Shown here piece by piece: positions 19,454-28,411 of a stretch of 38,296 nt of DNA (position 1 is the stretch's first letter; the number at the start of each line of letters is the position of its first letter). The translations under genes were made by a program, and so were the position numbers. The stretch is from Sulfurihydrogenibium sp. (GTDB taxonomy: Bacteria; Aquificota; Aquificia; Aquificales; Hydrogenothermaceae): contig JBBIPN010000003.1 in NCBI GenBank assembly GCA_037442825.1, positions 1-38,296 on the forward strand, written 5' to 3'. The notes below the pieces were generated by a model, which was not told the DNA's origin, did no database searches, and worked only from the letters and a program-made list of their open reading frames with translations.

Positions 19454-19820
19454 AGCTATTGGTATTATAGCTGGAATTGTTGCTTATGTTTTCGTTAGTT
19501 TTGTAAAAAGAAAATTTAAATATGATGATGCTTTAGATGTTTTTGGTATTCATGGCTCAGCTGGTATTACAGGGGCTATTTTGACAGGTATTTTTGCTGA
19601 TCCTTCTATAAATCCTGCAGGTGCTGGATTATTGTATGGGAATTTTAATCAGATTTTTGTTCAAATAGAAGCAGTTTTAGTAACTATAGTTTATGATGCT
19701 TTTGCAACTTTTATAATTTTGATAATTATAAAGGCTTTGATAGGTTTAAGAGTTTCTCAAGATGATGAAATTATAGGACTTGATGAATCTCAACATAGTG
19801 AAAAAGCTTACAATATTTAA
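19452..19820 (+). pseudogene. amtB: 5'-truncated ammonium transporter (AmtB C-terminal ~122 aa)
   Basis: Open frame LAIGIIAGIVAY...KYDDALDVFGIHG.AG..GAILTGIFA...GLRVSQDDEIIGLDESQHSEKAY*; in-frame TAA at 19446-48 upstream; N-terminal two-thirds absent. Confidence 0.9.
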
Positions 19821-19839
19821 TTTATAGGAGGTAATTATC

Positions 19840-20895
19840 ATGAAAAAATTTTTAATTGTATTGCATTTAGGAGTTTTTGGATTTTCTCAAGCAGTAGAGT
19901 TAAAAAATGAGTTTGGTAATTTTAATCTCAATGGTGCTTTATCATCTTATGTTATTTATTCTGATAATAAAACAGATACTAAAAAAACAAGATTTGACAT
20001 AGCTTCAGCAATTTTGAGTATATCTAAATCTGCTAAACCTTTTGGATTTACTATTTATGGAGGTTCTTACGCAACTCCTGTTTTAGGAATTTCGTTATTA
20101 AAAACAACAGATTATACTAATTTCTTTAATGCTATACCTGTTGCTTACTTAGAGTATATACCTATCGATGATTTATCTATTCAAGTAGGTAAACTATCTA
20201 CAATCATAGGCTATGAATCTCCTTTTACCTATCAAAATAACTATTTACAAAGAGGATTAATTTGGAATATGCAACCTCTTATTAATAATGGTGTAAGAGT
20301 AATATATACTCGAGAAAAATATTTTTTAAAAGCTGGACTAAATGATGGTTTCTATACATTAAGTACAACACATCCAAAAATGGCTTTTGAAGGCAGTTTA
20401 GGATTTACGCCAATAAAAGATTTTTCTTTATCTTTTAATTTCTTAATTCCAGATAAATCTTCAAGACCAAATGATACAGCTGTTCCATCAAACAAAAGAG
20501 AGTTTAATATTGTGTCAAGTTATACTATAAATAATGTATCTATAGGTTTAGATTTAGTTTATGTAGAAGCTCCAAAGAATGATGATGCCGGTGTAGTTGA
20601 AAAATCAAAAGTAAGTGGTGGAGCATTACATTTAAGTTATTTATTTACTCAAAATTTTAAAATTTCTTCAAGAATAGAGTATTTTAAAGATAATGTAGGA
20701 AATGGAAATATAGATTTAATAGGACTTGGAGATGGAAATAAAGGGTATTCTTTTACATTGACACCTATGTATCAAAAAGAAAATATTTATTTAAAATCTG
20801 AATTTACTTATGTTAAAGCTGATAAAAATTTTGCACAAAATGGTAGCAAAGATAATCAATCTCGTATTGGTTTAGAATTGGGATTTTCTTTTTAA
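19840..20895 (+). CDS. Putative outer-membrane beta-barrel porin (BBP2/DUF1597-like)
   Basis: Signal peptide (..GFSQA), GKLSTIIGYE and N...GL.W...P...NGVR motifs, amphipathic strands, C-terminal Phe (LELGFSF); AGGAGGT SD. Confidence 0.78.
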   Translation: MKKFLIVLHLGVFGFSQAVELKNEFGNFNLNGALSSYVIYSDNKTDTKKTRFDIASAILSISKSAKPFGFTIYGGSYATPVLGISLLKTTDYTNFFNAIPVAYLEYIPIDDLSIQVGKLSTIIGYESPFTYQNNYLQRGLIWNMQPLINNGVRVIYTREKYFLKAGLNDGFYTLSTTHPKMAFEGSLGFTPIKDFSLSFNFLIPDKSSRPNDTAVPSNKREFNIVSSYTINNVSIGLDLVYVEAPKNDDAGVVEKSKVSGGALHLSYLFTQNFKISSRIEYFKDNVGNGNIDLIGLGDGNKGYSFTLTPMYQKENIYLKSEFTYVKADKNFAQNGSKDNQSRIGLELGFSF

Positions 20896-20946
20896 TGCAT
20901 AAAAAATGTGCAGAATATTGCTTTAAAAATGTGCAAGATATTTATT
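20892..20946 (+). repeat. 55-bp direct repeat copy 2 with two NtrC-type enhancer sites (glnB-glnA enhancer)
   Basis: TGCATAAAAAATGTGCA (20896-912) and TGCTTTAAAAATGTGCA (20919-35); overlaps the porin stop codon. Confidence 0.85.
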
Positions 20947-20997
20947 ATTATTACATGGTAAAATATTTTAATAATTATAAAATAAAGTTTTTTTAAA

Positions 20998-21015
20998 TTG
21001 GCATAAAAATTTCAT
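20998..21015 (+). promoter_or_regulatory. Putative sigma54 promoter of glnB-glnA, non-canonical -12
   Basis: TTGGCATAAAAATTTCAT; GG at 21000-01, TC at -12; 65 nt after the enhancer. Confidence 0.6.
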
Positions 21016-21037
21016 ATTATATAAGTGGAGGTATTAA

Positions 21038-21379
<342 letters not shown>

Positions 21380-21410
21380 AAAATTTATTTTATAAAGGAG
21401 GTTTTTTAAA

Positions 21411-22838
21411 ATGGCAATGATTCAATGTCAAACACCAGATGATGTAGTTCGTGTTATATCAGAGAAAGGTATAACATTTATTGATTTTAAATTTTCAGAT
21501 CCGTTTGGACAGTGGCAACACTTAACTATTCCAACTCATGAGTTTGGTTTACATTCTTTTGAAGACGGTATACCGTTTGATGGTTCATCAATAAGAGGTT
21601 GGAAAGGAATTCAAGAATCAGATATGTTATTGATACCAGACCCTAAATCTGCTTTTATTGATCCATTTATCGAAGAACCAACATTATCTTTAATATGTGA
21701 TGTAGTTGATCCAATTACAAAAGAACCATATTCAAGAGATCCAAGACAGATAGCAAAAAAAGCTTTAGAGTATTTAAGGTCTACAGGCATAGGTGACATT
21801 GCATATTTTGGACCAGAAGCTGAGTTTTTCATTTTTGATGATATTAGATTTAGTAGTGGAGCAAACCATTCTTACTATCAAATAGATTCAGAAGAAGGAT
21901 GGTGGAATACAGCAAGAGAAGAATCACCAAACTTAGGTTATAAAATACCTTTCAAAAGAGGATACTTCCCTGTTTCTCCAATAGACAAAACACACCATAT
22001 TAGAATGGAAATGGTTAAAACATTGGAAGAAGTAGGTATTACTGTAGAAAGAGAACACCATGAAGTAGCTACAGCAGGTCAAGGTGAAATCAACTTTAGA
22101 TTTGCTGATATTATTGGCTCTGGTGATAACATCTTAAAATATAAATATGTATTGAGGAACGTAGGATATAGATATGGTAAATTTGTAACATTTATGCCTA
22201 AACCTTTAGCTGGCGATAATGGTAGCGGTATGCACGTTCATTTTTCAATCTGGAACAAAGATCAAAACCTCTTTGCAGGAAATAACTATGCAGGATTATC
22301 AGAGATTGCTTTGTATGCAATTGGTGGAATAATAAAACATGCAAAAGCTATATGTGCTTTTTCTAACCCAACTACAAACTCATACCATAGATTAGTACCA
22401 GGATTTGAAGCACCTGTAAGACTTGCATATTCTGCAAGAAACAGGTCAGCAGCTATAAGAATACCTGTTGGTGCAGAATCTCCAAAAGCAAAAAGAATAG
22501 AAGTAAGATTTCCAGATGCTTCATCAAACCCTTACTTGACATTTACAGCTTTATTAATGGCAGCAATAGATGGAATTGAAAATAAAATACATCCAGGAGA
22601 GTCTTTAGATAAAGATATTTACTCTTTACCACCAGAAGAGCTAGCGAACGTACCACAAACACCAGGTTCATTACAGGAAGCTATAGATGCATTAAAAGCT
22701 GATAATGAATTTTTACTTAAAGGCGATGTAATGGATACGGACTTTATAAATATGTGGATAGAAACAAAACAAGCAGAACAAGACGCAATTAGATTAGTAC
22801 CACATCCAAAAGAATTTGAACTTTACTTTGATATCTAA
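21411..22838 (+). CDS. glnA: Glutamine synthetase type I
   Basis: [68 protein letters not shown] keeps the adenylylation-site Tyr. Confidence 0.98.
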   Translation: MAMIQCQTPDDVVRVISEKGITFIDFKFSDPFGQWQHLTIPTHEFGLHSFEDGIPFDGSSIRGWKGIQESDMLLIPDPKSAFIDPFIEEPTLSLICDVVDPITKEPYSRDPRQIAKKALEYLRSTGIGDIAYFGPEAEFFIFDDIRFSSGANHSYYQIDSEEGWWNTAREESPNLGYKIPFKRGYFPVSPIDKTHHIRMEMVKTLEEVGITVEREHHEVATAGQGEINFRFADIIGSGDNILKYKYVLRNVGYRYGKFVTFMPKPLAGDNGSGMHVHFSIWNKDQNLFAGNNYAGLSEIALYAIGGIIKHAKAICAFSNPTTNSYHRLVPGFEAPVRLAYSARNRSAAIRIPVGAESPKAKRIEVRFPDASSNPYLTFTALLMAAIDGIENKIHPGESLDKDIYSLPPEELANVPQTPGSLQEAIDALKADNEFLLKGDVMDTDFINMWIETKQAEQDAIRLVPHPKEFELYFDI

Positions 22839-22844
22839 AAATAT

Positions 22845-22874
22845 AGCCCTCTCTAAAAAGAGAGGGTTTTTTTT
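22845..22874 (+). terminator. Rho-independent terminator after glnA
   Basis: AGCCCTCTCT-AAAA-AGAGAGGGTT hairpin followed by a T run. Confidence 0.85.
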
Positions 22875-22897
22875 CTTTTTATCTGGGAGGCAAATCT

Positions 22898-24223
22898 ATG
22901 ATGTTTAAATATGTTATTTTATCTTTATTGTTTATCTTACCTTCTTTTGCTTTAAATGGTTATGTTGATGGGAGAGAGGTAGATAAATATCAATATATTT
23001 TAGATAGTTTATGGGTATCTATCTCTATTGTTTTTATATTTTTGATGCATGCAGGTGGCTTTAGTATGTTAGAAGCTGGTTTTGTAAGAGCTAAAAATGC
23101 CACCAATATTATTATGAAAAATATATTTACAATTTCGATAAGTGCTGTAGCATTTTGGTTAATTGGCTTTGGTCTTATGTTTGGTAATGGTAATGATTTT
23201 ATAGGACTAACTGGTTTTATGCAGATAAGAGAGAATATAAATTTATTTAATTCTTTGTCATCTTATTCACCACCATTATTTTTAGTATTTATATTTCATT
23301 TATTGTTTGCATCTACAGCAGCAACAATAATGTCTGGTACTGTTGCTGAAAGAATAAAATTTCCAGTATATATGATATCTGTTTTTGTTATTACAGGTTT
23401 AATTTATCCTACGATTGGTAAATGGATATGGGGTGGAGGTTGGTTGCAAAAATTAGGATTTTTAGATTTTGCCGGTGGTGTTATGGTTCATCTTAATGGT
23501 GCTATTATTGCTCTGATTGGAGCTTATCTCTTAGGCCCAAGGATTGGAAAATATGATAAATATGGAAAACCAAGACCTATACTTGGACATAGCATGACAT
23601 TAGCAGCTTTAGGAACTTTTATTTTATGGACTGGTTGGTTTGGATTTAACGGTGGTAGTACTTTATCAGCAGATGTTGATTTAATTGGAAAAATCTTTTT
23701 AAATAATACTTTAGCAGCTGCTGGAGGTTCAATAAGTTCTTTATTTGTTTCGTGGTATTTATTTAAAAAAGCAGATTTAACGTTATCTATGAATGGAACA
23801 TTAGCAGGATTGGTTTCAATTACACCTGGTTGTGCCTACGTAGTTCCAGAAGCAGCTTTATTTATAGGTACTATAGCAGGAATTATAATGGTTTTAGGTG
23901 TTATTTATTTAGATAAAATTAAAATAGATGATCCTGTAGGTGCTGTTGCTGTACATGGTTTAGGTGGTATTTGGGGAACTTTAATGTTAGGTGTATTTCA
24001 CTCAACAGAAGGTATTATCACAGGAAGTTTTCATTTCTTTTTTGTTGAACTACTTGGAATTATCGTTTGTATTGCATGGACGGGAATAACTTCCTTTTTT
24101 ATGTTTTATCTTTTAAACAGGTTTATTGGTTTAAGAGTTCATGAAGAGGAAGAAATTGTAGGATTAGATATAGCAGAGCATGGAACAGAAAGTTACCCAA
24201 ACTTTTCTATAAAATCATATTAA
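22898..24223 (+). CDS. amt: Ammonium transporter (Amt family), intact
   Basis: LEAGFVRAKN, SGTVAER, DFAGG..VH, GWFGFNGGS, DDPVGAVAVHG, GLDIAEHG; both conserved His present. Confidence 0.97.
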   Translation: MMFKYVILSLLFILPSFALNGYVDGREVDKYQYILDSLWVSISIVFIFLMHAGGFSMLEAGFVRAKNATNIIMKNIFTISISAVAFWLIGFGLMFGNGNDFIGLTGFMQIRENINLFNSLSSYSPPLFLVFIFHLLFASTAATIMSGTVAERIKFPVYMISVFVITGLIYPTIGKWIWGGGWLQKLGFLDFAGGVMVHLNGAIIALIGAYLLGPRIGKYDKYGKPRPILGHSMTLAALGTFILWTGWFGFNGGSTLSADVDLIGKIFLNNTLAAAGGSISSLFVSWYLFKKADLTLSMNGTLAGLVSITPGCAYVVPEAALFIGTIAGIIMVLGVIYLDKIKIDDPVGAVAVHGLGGIWGTLMLGVFHSTEGIITGSFHFFFVELLGIIVCIAWTGITSFFMFYLLNRFIGLRVHEEEEIVGLDIAEHGTESYPNFSIKSY

Positions 24224-24278
24224 TTAAATATGACTCTAATCATAATATATAAAAATTTTTTTATTTAAAATTATTTTT

Positions 24279-24590
24279 ATGGATTTAATAAAAATATTTT
24301 CTGCTTTATCAGAAAAGATTAGGTTAGATATAATAACTCTTTTGTTGGAAAATGAAGAGCTTTGTGTTTGTGATTTTATTAGAATTTTTAAAATATCTCA
24401 ACCAAGATTATCTTTTCATCTTAAAATTTTAAGGGATGCTAATTTAGTGAGACATAGAAAAGTAGGAAAATGGGTTTATTACTCAATAAATGACGAAAAT
24501 GAAATTTTAAATGCTATTAAACCTTTTATAAAAGGCTATAAAAATTTTTCTTATGGAGGTTTTTGTATTGAAAGAGATAAAAGTTGTTAG
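24279..24590 (+). CDS. arsR: ArsR/SmtB family metalloregulator
   Basis: FSALSEKIRL, ELCVCD metal site, SQPRLSFHLKILR, GKWVYYS; heads the ars cluster. Confidence 0.92.
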   Translation: MDLIKIFSALSEKIRLDIITLLLENEELCVCDFIRIFKISQPRLSFHLKILRDANLVRHRKVGKWVYYSINDENEILNAIKPFIKGYKNFSYGGFCIERDKSC

Positions 24591-24807
24591 TGCTTCAAAC
24601 TGTAAAAACTGTGAAATCTTGTATGAAGTTGTTTCCAAAATTGTTAAAGCAAGAAATATAGATGCAAAGGTTGAAAAAGTTTTAGATATAAAAGAAGTAG
24701 TAAAGTATGGAGCAATGAAAACACCTATACTTGTAGTTGATGGAGTGGTAAAACATATTGGGACACCTCTGCCAGCACCACAAGAATTAGAAAAAATGAT
24801 AATATGA
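24568..24807 (+). CDS. Small thioredoxin-fold (CXXC) redox-active disulfide protein; probable TTG start at 24568
   Basis: KEIKVV...CKNC, YGAMKTPILVVDG; GGAGG (24555-59) lies 8 nt before the in-frame TTG. Confidence 0.85.
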   Translation: MKEIKVVSASNCKNCEILYEVVSKIVKARNIDAKVEKVLDIKEVVKYGAMKTPILVVDGVVKHIGTPLPAPQELEKMII

Positions 24808-24816
24808 TAAATAATT

Positions 24817-25776
24817 ATGTTTAAAATATACGAACTTATAGCTGATTTTGTAGTATATGATTTATTGTATTTACAAAAAAATGAAAAAATATCTCAAGCT
24901 TTACACTTTTTCATCTATGATACCTTAAAGATATTTACACTTCTTACAGTTATAATTTTTGCTATATCATTAATAAGAAGTTATTTTCCTTTAGAAAAAA
25001 CAAGAAAAATACTTTCCAAACATAAAGCTTTTTCTCTACCGTTGTCTGCTTTCCTTGGTGTATTGACACCGTTTTGTTCTTGTTCAGCTGTACCTATGTT
25101 TATTGGTTTTGTAGAAGCTGGTATTCCACTTGGTGCAGCTTTTAGTTTCCTTGTTGCTTCTCCAATGGTAAATGAAGTTGCTTTAGGGCTTTTACTATCT
25201 TTGTTTGGGCTTAAAGTAGCATTAGTTTACTTAATTTTTGGTGTAATTATTGCTATTTTAAGTGGTTTACTTATAGAAAAAATAAATCCAAGGAACTTAA
25301 TAGAAGATTATATATTTGAACTAAAAATAGGTGAATCTGAAATTAAATCTCTAACATTTAAGGAAAGGATTGAGTTTGCAAAAAGTAATGTTATAGACAT
25401 CTTAAAAAAGATAGGAATTTACATATTTATAGCTATTGGTATAGGAGGTTTTATACATGGTTATGTTCCTCAAGATATTATAGAAAATATAATGAAACAT
25501 ACAGGTATTTTTGCTGTTCCTTTTGCTGTTATTGTTGGTGTTCCACTTTATTCTAACTCCGCTGGAGTATTACCAATTATAGCTGCTTTAATTGAAAAAG
25601 GGGTGCCTATAGGTACAGCTCTTTCTTTTATGATGGCTACAACAGCCCTTTCTTTTCCAGAATTTTTGATTTTAAAGCAAGTTATGAAACCAAAACTTAT
25701 TGTTATCTTTGCTTCTATTGTTTCTATTTCTATTATTATTGCAGGCTATATTTTTAACATTCTTTTTGGAGGATAG
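24817..25776 (+). CDS. arsP: ArsP-type permease (DUF318 family)
   Basis: TPFCSCSAVP, FLVASPMVNE, GVPLYSN, GTALSFMM...LSFPE. Confidence 0.85.
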   Translation: MFKIYELIADFVVYDLLYLQKNEKISQALHFFIYDTLKIFTLLTVIIFAISLIRSYFPLEKTRKILSKHKAFSLPLSAFLGVLTPFCSCSAVPMFIGFVEAGIPLGAAFSFLVASPMVNEVALGLLLSLFGLKVALVYLIFGVIIAILSGLLIEKINPRNLIEDYIFELKIGESEIKSLTFKERIEFAKSNVIDILKKIGIYIFIAIGIGGFIHGYVPQDIIENIMKHTGIFAVPFAVIVGVPLYSNSAGVLPIIAALIEKGVPIGTALSFMMATTALSFPEFLILKQVMKPKLIVIFASIVSISIIIAGYIFNILFGG

Positions 25777-25779
25777 ACG

Positions 25780-26202
25780 ATGGTAAGGATTGCTTTTATA
25801 TGTACTGGAAACTCTGCACGATCACAGATAGCAGAAGGTTATGCTAAATATTTTGCTAAAAAATATGGTAAGAATGTAGAAGTATACTCTGCAGGAAGTA
25901 ATCCTTCTGGATATGTTCATCCAATGGCTATTAGAGTAATGAAAGAAGATAATGTAGATATATCTGATCAATATTCTAAACATATTGATAATATCCCTAT
26001 AAATGAATGTGATTATATTATAACTCTATGTGGAGATGCAGCTGAAACCTGTCCAGTTATACCTGGAGCAAATACTCAGCATTGGGGATTACCAGATCCA
26101 GCTAAAGTAATAGGTCCTACAGAAGATGCAAAAGTTGAAGCCTTTAGCAAGGTTAGAGATGAAATAAAATCTAAAGTTGAAAATCTGATAAAGGTTTTAT
26201 AG
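25780..26202 (+). CDS. arsC: Thioredoxin-coupled arsenate reductase (LMW-PTP fold)
   Basis: CTGNSARSQ P-loop, YSAG, TLCGDAAETCP resolving Cys pair, HWGLPDP. Confidence 0.92.
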   Translation: MVRIAFICTGNSARSQIAEGYAKYFAKKYGKNVEVYSAGSNPSGYVHPMAIRVMKEDNVDISDQYSKHIDNIPINECDYIITLCGDAAETCPVIPGANTQHWGLPDPAKVIGPTEDAKVEAFSKVRDEIKSKVENLIKVL

Positions 26203-27489
26203 TTGCTTGCATATATTTTATTTTTCATCGTTTTATTTTTCATTATAAAGAAACCTAAAAATATTGGTATTGGCTTATCTGCTTCTGTAGGTGCTGTTTT
26301 TGCTTACTTATTAGGTATAGTAAATTATAAAGATGTTTTAAAAGTTATAGACATTGTATGGGATCCAACATTAGCATTTCTTGGAATAATATTTATATCT
26401 ATCATTCTTGATAAGATAGGATTTTTTGAATGGGCAGCTCTTCATATAATTGAATTTACAGGTGGAGATGGTAGAAAACTTTTTATTTATCTAATTTTGC
26501 TAGGTGCTTTAATATCTGCATTTTTTGCTAATGATGGTGCAGCTTTAATTTTAACACCTATAGTTTATCAAAAAATAAAACATCTTGGTTTAAGTCAAAA
26601 GTATATGCTTCCTTACATAATGGGAGGTGGTTTTGTATCAGATACAGCAAGTTTACCATTGGTTATTTCTAATTTAGTAAACATTCTTACAGCAGATTAC
26701 TTTAAAATAGGATTCTTTGAATATGCTTCTGTAATGGTTTTTGTAAATTTCTTCTCTATTATTGCTACTATAATTTTTACTTACCTATTTTTTAGAAAAG
26801 ACCTAATGAAAAAATTTGACCTTGAAGTTTTAGAAGATAAAAAACCTTACTTAGTTATCAAAGATAAATTTATATTTAAACTTACATGGGTTTTAGCTGT
26901 AATACTTCCTATTGCGTTTTTAGTAGGAGAATCCTATCATGTACCGGTTTCTATTATTATAGGTATAACTGCATTAGTGTATGGATTGGCTACATTAAAG
27001 GAAAATATAGTAGATATAAAATTTACTTTGAAAAAAGAAACACCTTGGAGTATCGTTATATTTTCTGTAGGAATGTATATAGTAGTTTATGGGTTAAAAA
27101 ATAATGGTTTTACAGAAATTATTTCATCTATAATTTTAAAGTCAGTAGAGTATGGAAATTTTGTAGCAATTTTTACAACAGGATTTTTATCTGCATTTCT
27201 ATCTTCTGTAATGAATAATTTACCTTCTGTTTTACTTGTAAATTTGGCTATTGAAGATACTTATTTACCATTATCTACTATGAAAATTCTTGCTTACTCA
27301 AATGTTATAGGTTGTGACCTTGGTCCAAAAATAACACCTATAGGTTCTTTAGCTACTCTTTTATGGTTGTATGTACTTGATAAAAAAGGTATTCATATTG
27401 GATGGTGGTATTACTTTAAGGTAGGTATTATTTTAACGATTCCAACATTGATATTTACTCTTTTTGGATTGTGGATTATAACTAATTGA
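26203..27489 (+). CDS. arsB: Arsenite efflux pump ArsB (TTG start)
   Basis: GFFEWAAL, FANDGAALILTP, DTASLPLVISNLVNI, SSVMNNLP, GCDLGPKITPIGSLATLLW. Confidence 0.95.
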   Translation: MLAYILFFIVLFFIIKKPKNIGIGLSASVGAVFAYLLGIVNYKDVLKVIDIVWDPTLAFLGIIFISIILDKIGFFEWAALHIIEFTGGDGRKLFIYLILLGALISAFFANDGAALILTPIVYQKIKHLGLSQKYMLPYIMGGGFVSDTASLPLVISNLVNILTADYFKIGFFEYASVMVFVNFFSIIATIIFTYLFFRKDLMKKFDLEVLEDKKPYLVIKDKFIFKLTWVLAVILPIAFLVGESYHVPVSIIIGITALVYGLATLKENIVDIKFTLKKETPWSIVIFSVGMYIVVYGLKNNGFTEIISSIILKSVEYGNFVAIFTTGFLSAFLSSVMNNLPSVLLVNLAIEDTYLPLSTMKILAYSNVIGCDLGPKITPIGSLATLLWLYVLDKKGIHIGWWYYFKVGIILTIPTLIFTLFGLWIITN

Positions 27490-27491
27490 AG

Positions 27492-27582
27492 CGGAGAGGG
27501 CGGGATTCGAACCCGCGGACGGGGTTTTACCCCCGTCAACTTCTTAGCAGGAAGCCGCTTTCGACCACTCAGCCACCTCTCC
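27492..27582 (-). tRNA. tRNA-Ser(GCT), CCA not encoded
   Basis: Reverse complement GGAGAGGTGGCTGAGTGGTCGAAAGCGGCTTCCT-GCT-AAGAAGTTGACGGGGGTAAAACCCCGTCCGCGGGTTCGAATCCCGCCCTCTCCG: cloverleaf, long variable arm, G discriminator. Confidence 0.97.
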
Positions 27583-27599
27583 AAGACAATAGGATATAT

Positions 27600-27628
27600 A
27601 TTATATAACATTTTGTGGTATATTTCTA
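27600..27628 (-). promoter_or_regulatory. Putative sigma70 promoter of tRNA-Ser
   Basis: Minus strand TAGAAA, 17-nt spacer, TATAAT, ending 17 nt before the tRNA 5' end. Confidence 0.5.
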
Positions 27629-27634
27629 TATATT

Positions 27635-28300
27635 TTAATGTTTAGCTTCTAACCTTTCAACTCTAACCAACAGGTCATCAATAATAGTTTTAGTTTCTAT
27701 AGCTTCTCTAACTTTTTTCCTTAAGATTGATAACTCATTCATCATAAAATCTATTTTTTTATTTGTGTTTCTTAATTCTGTCCTAACGTTATTTATCTTT
27801 CCTTTGAGTTCTAAATAAACATCTATTAAATGTTGATTAACATTATCAATTTTTTTATCAGTCTTATTAATTTCTTGTTTTAGTTCTAATTTGAAGTTAT
27901 CAACTTTCATATCAACTGTTTGAATATCCTTTTTTAAGTCAATATTGACACTTTCGATATCCTGTTTTAGTTCAGTTCTGATACTATCGATTTTTTTATC
28001 AAGGTTATTAATATCTTTTTTAATTCAATTTTAACACTTTCTATTTCCTGCTTTAGTTCACTCCTAATGTCATCAACTTTTTTGTCAACTTTTTCTATTT
28101 CTTATTTTAACTCATTTCTTACATTGTTTATTTCCTGTTTTAGTTCTATCCTTGTAGTTCTTAAATCATTTTCTATGTTTGATATTCTTTTTTCCATAGA
28201 TAAGATAGCTAATGACATCTGCTTTAAATTCTTTCATCTATTCTTTTAAATCACCTAAAATAACATTCTTAAATTTTTCTAAGATATTTTCTAAATCCAC
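27635..28300 (-). pseudogene. Disrupted coiled-coil repeat protein (Bdr/KID-repeat- or DUF1640-like)
   Basis: Repeats such as ELKQEINNVRN / ELKQEIESVKI / ELKQDIESVNI and DKKVD / DKKID continue across frames; stops at 28240-238 (TAG) and 28104-102 (TAA), frameshifts near 28205 and 28018. Confidence 0.8.
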
Positions 28301-28411
28301 AGAAAAAACATCTGCTGCTTTCCTAACTGCTAATATTATATATAGGTTTTGTTTTATTTTGCTGTTATGTTAAAATATTTTAATAACTTCATAAAAAAAT
28401 ATGGAGAAATA

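Noticed and set aside
19581..19820. 79-aa ORF as a stand-alone gene
   Set aside because: Amt similarity extends 43 codons upstream of the TTG; it is part of the truncated amtB.
24224..27491. Integrative island at the tRNA-Ser 3' end
   Set aside because: No integrase or transposase, and no duplicated tRNA 3' end (att) seen at the amt-arsR boundary.
27411..27611. 66-aa minus-strand ORF
   Set aside because: It is a translation through the tRNA-Ser gene.
28067..28249. 60-aa plus-strand ORF
   Set aside because: It is the antisense shadow (S/F/I-rich) of the coiled-coil pseudogene.
28349..28411. 21-codon N-terminal extension of GlyQ from TTG 28349
   Set aside because: It overlaps the probable promoter; the conserved MTFQ start at 28412 has a GGAG SD.
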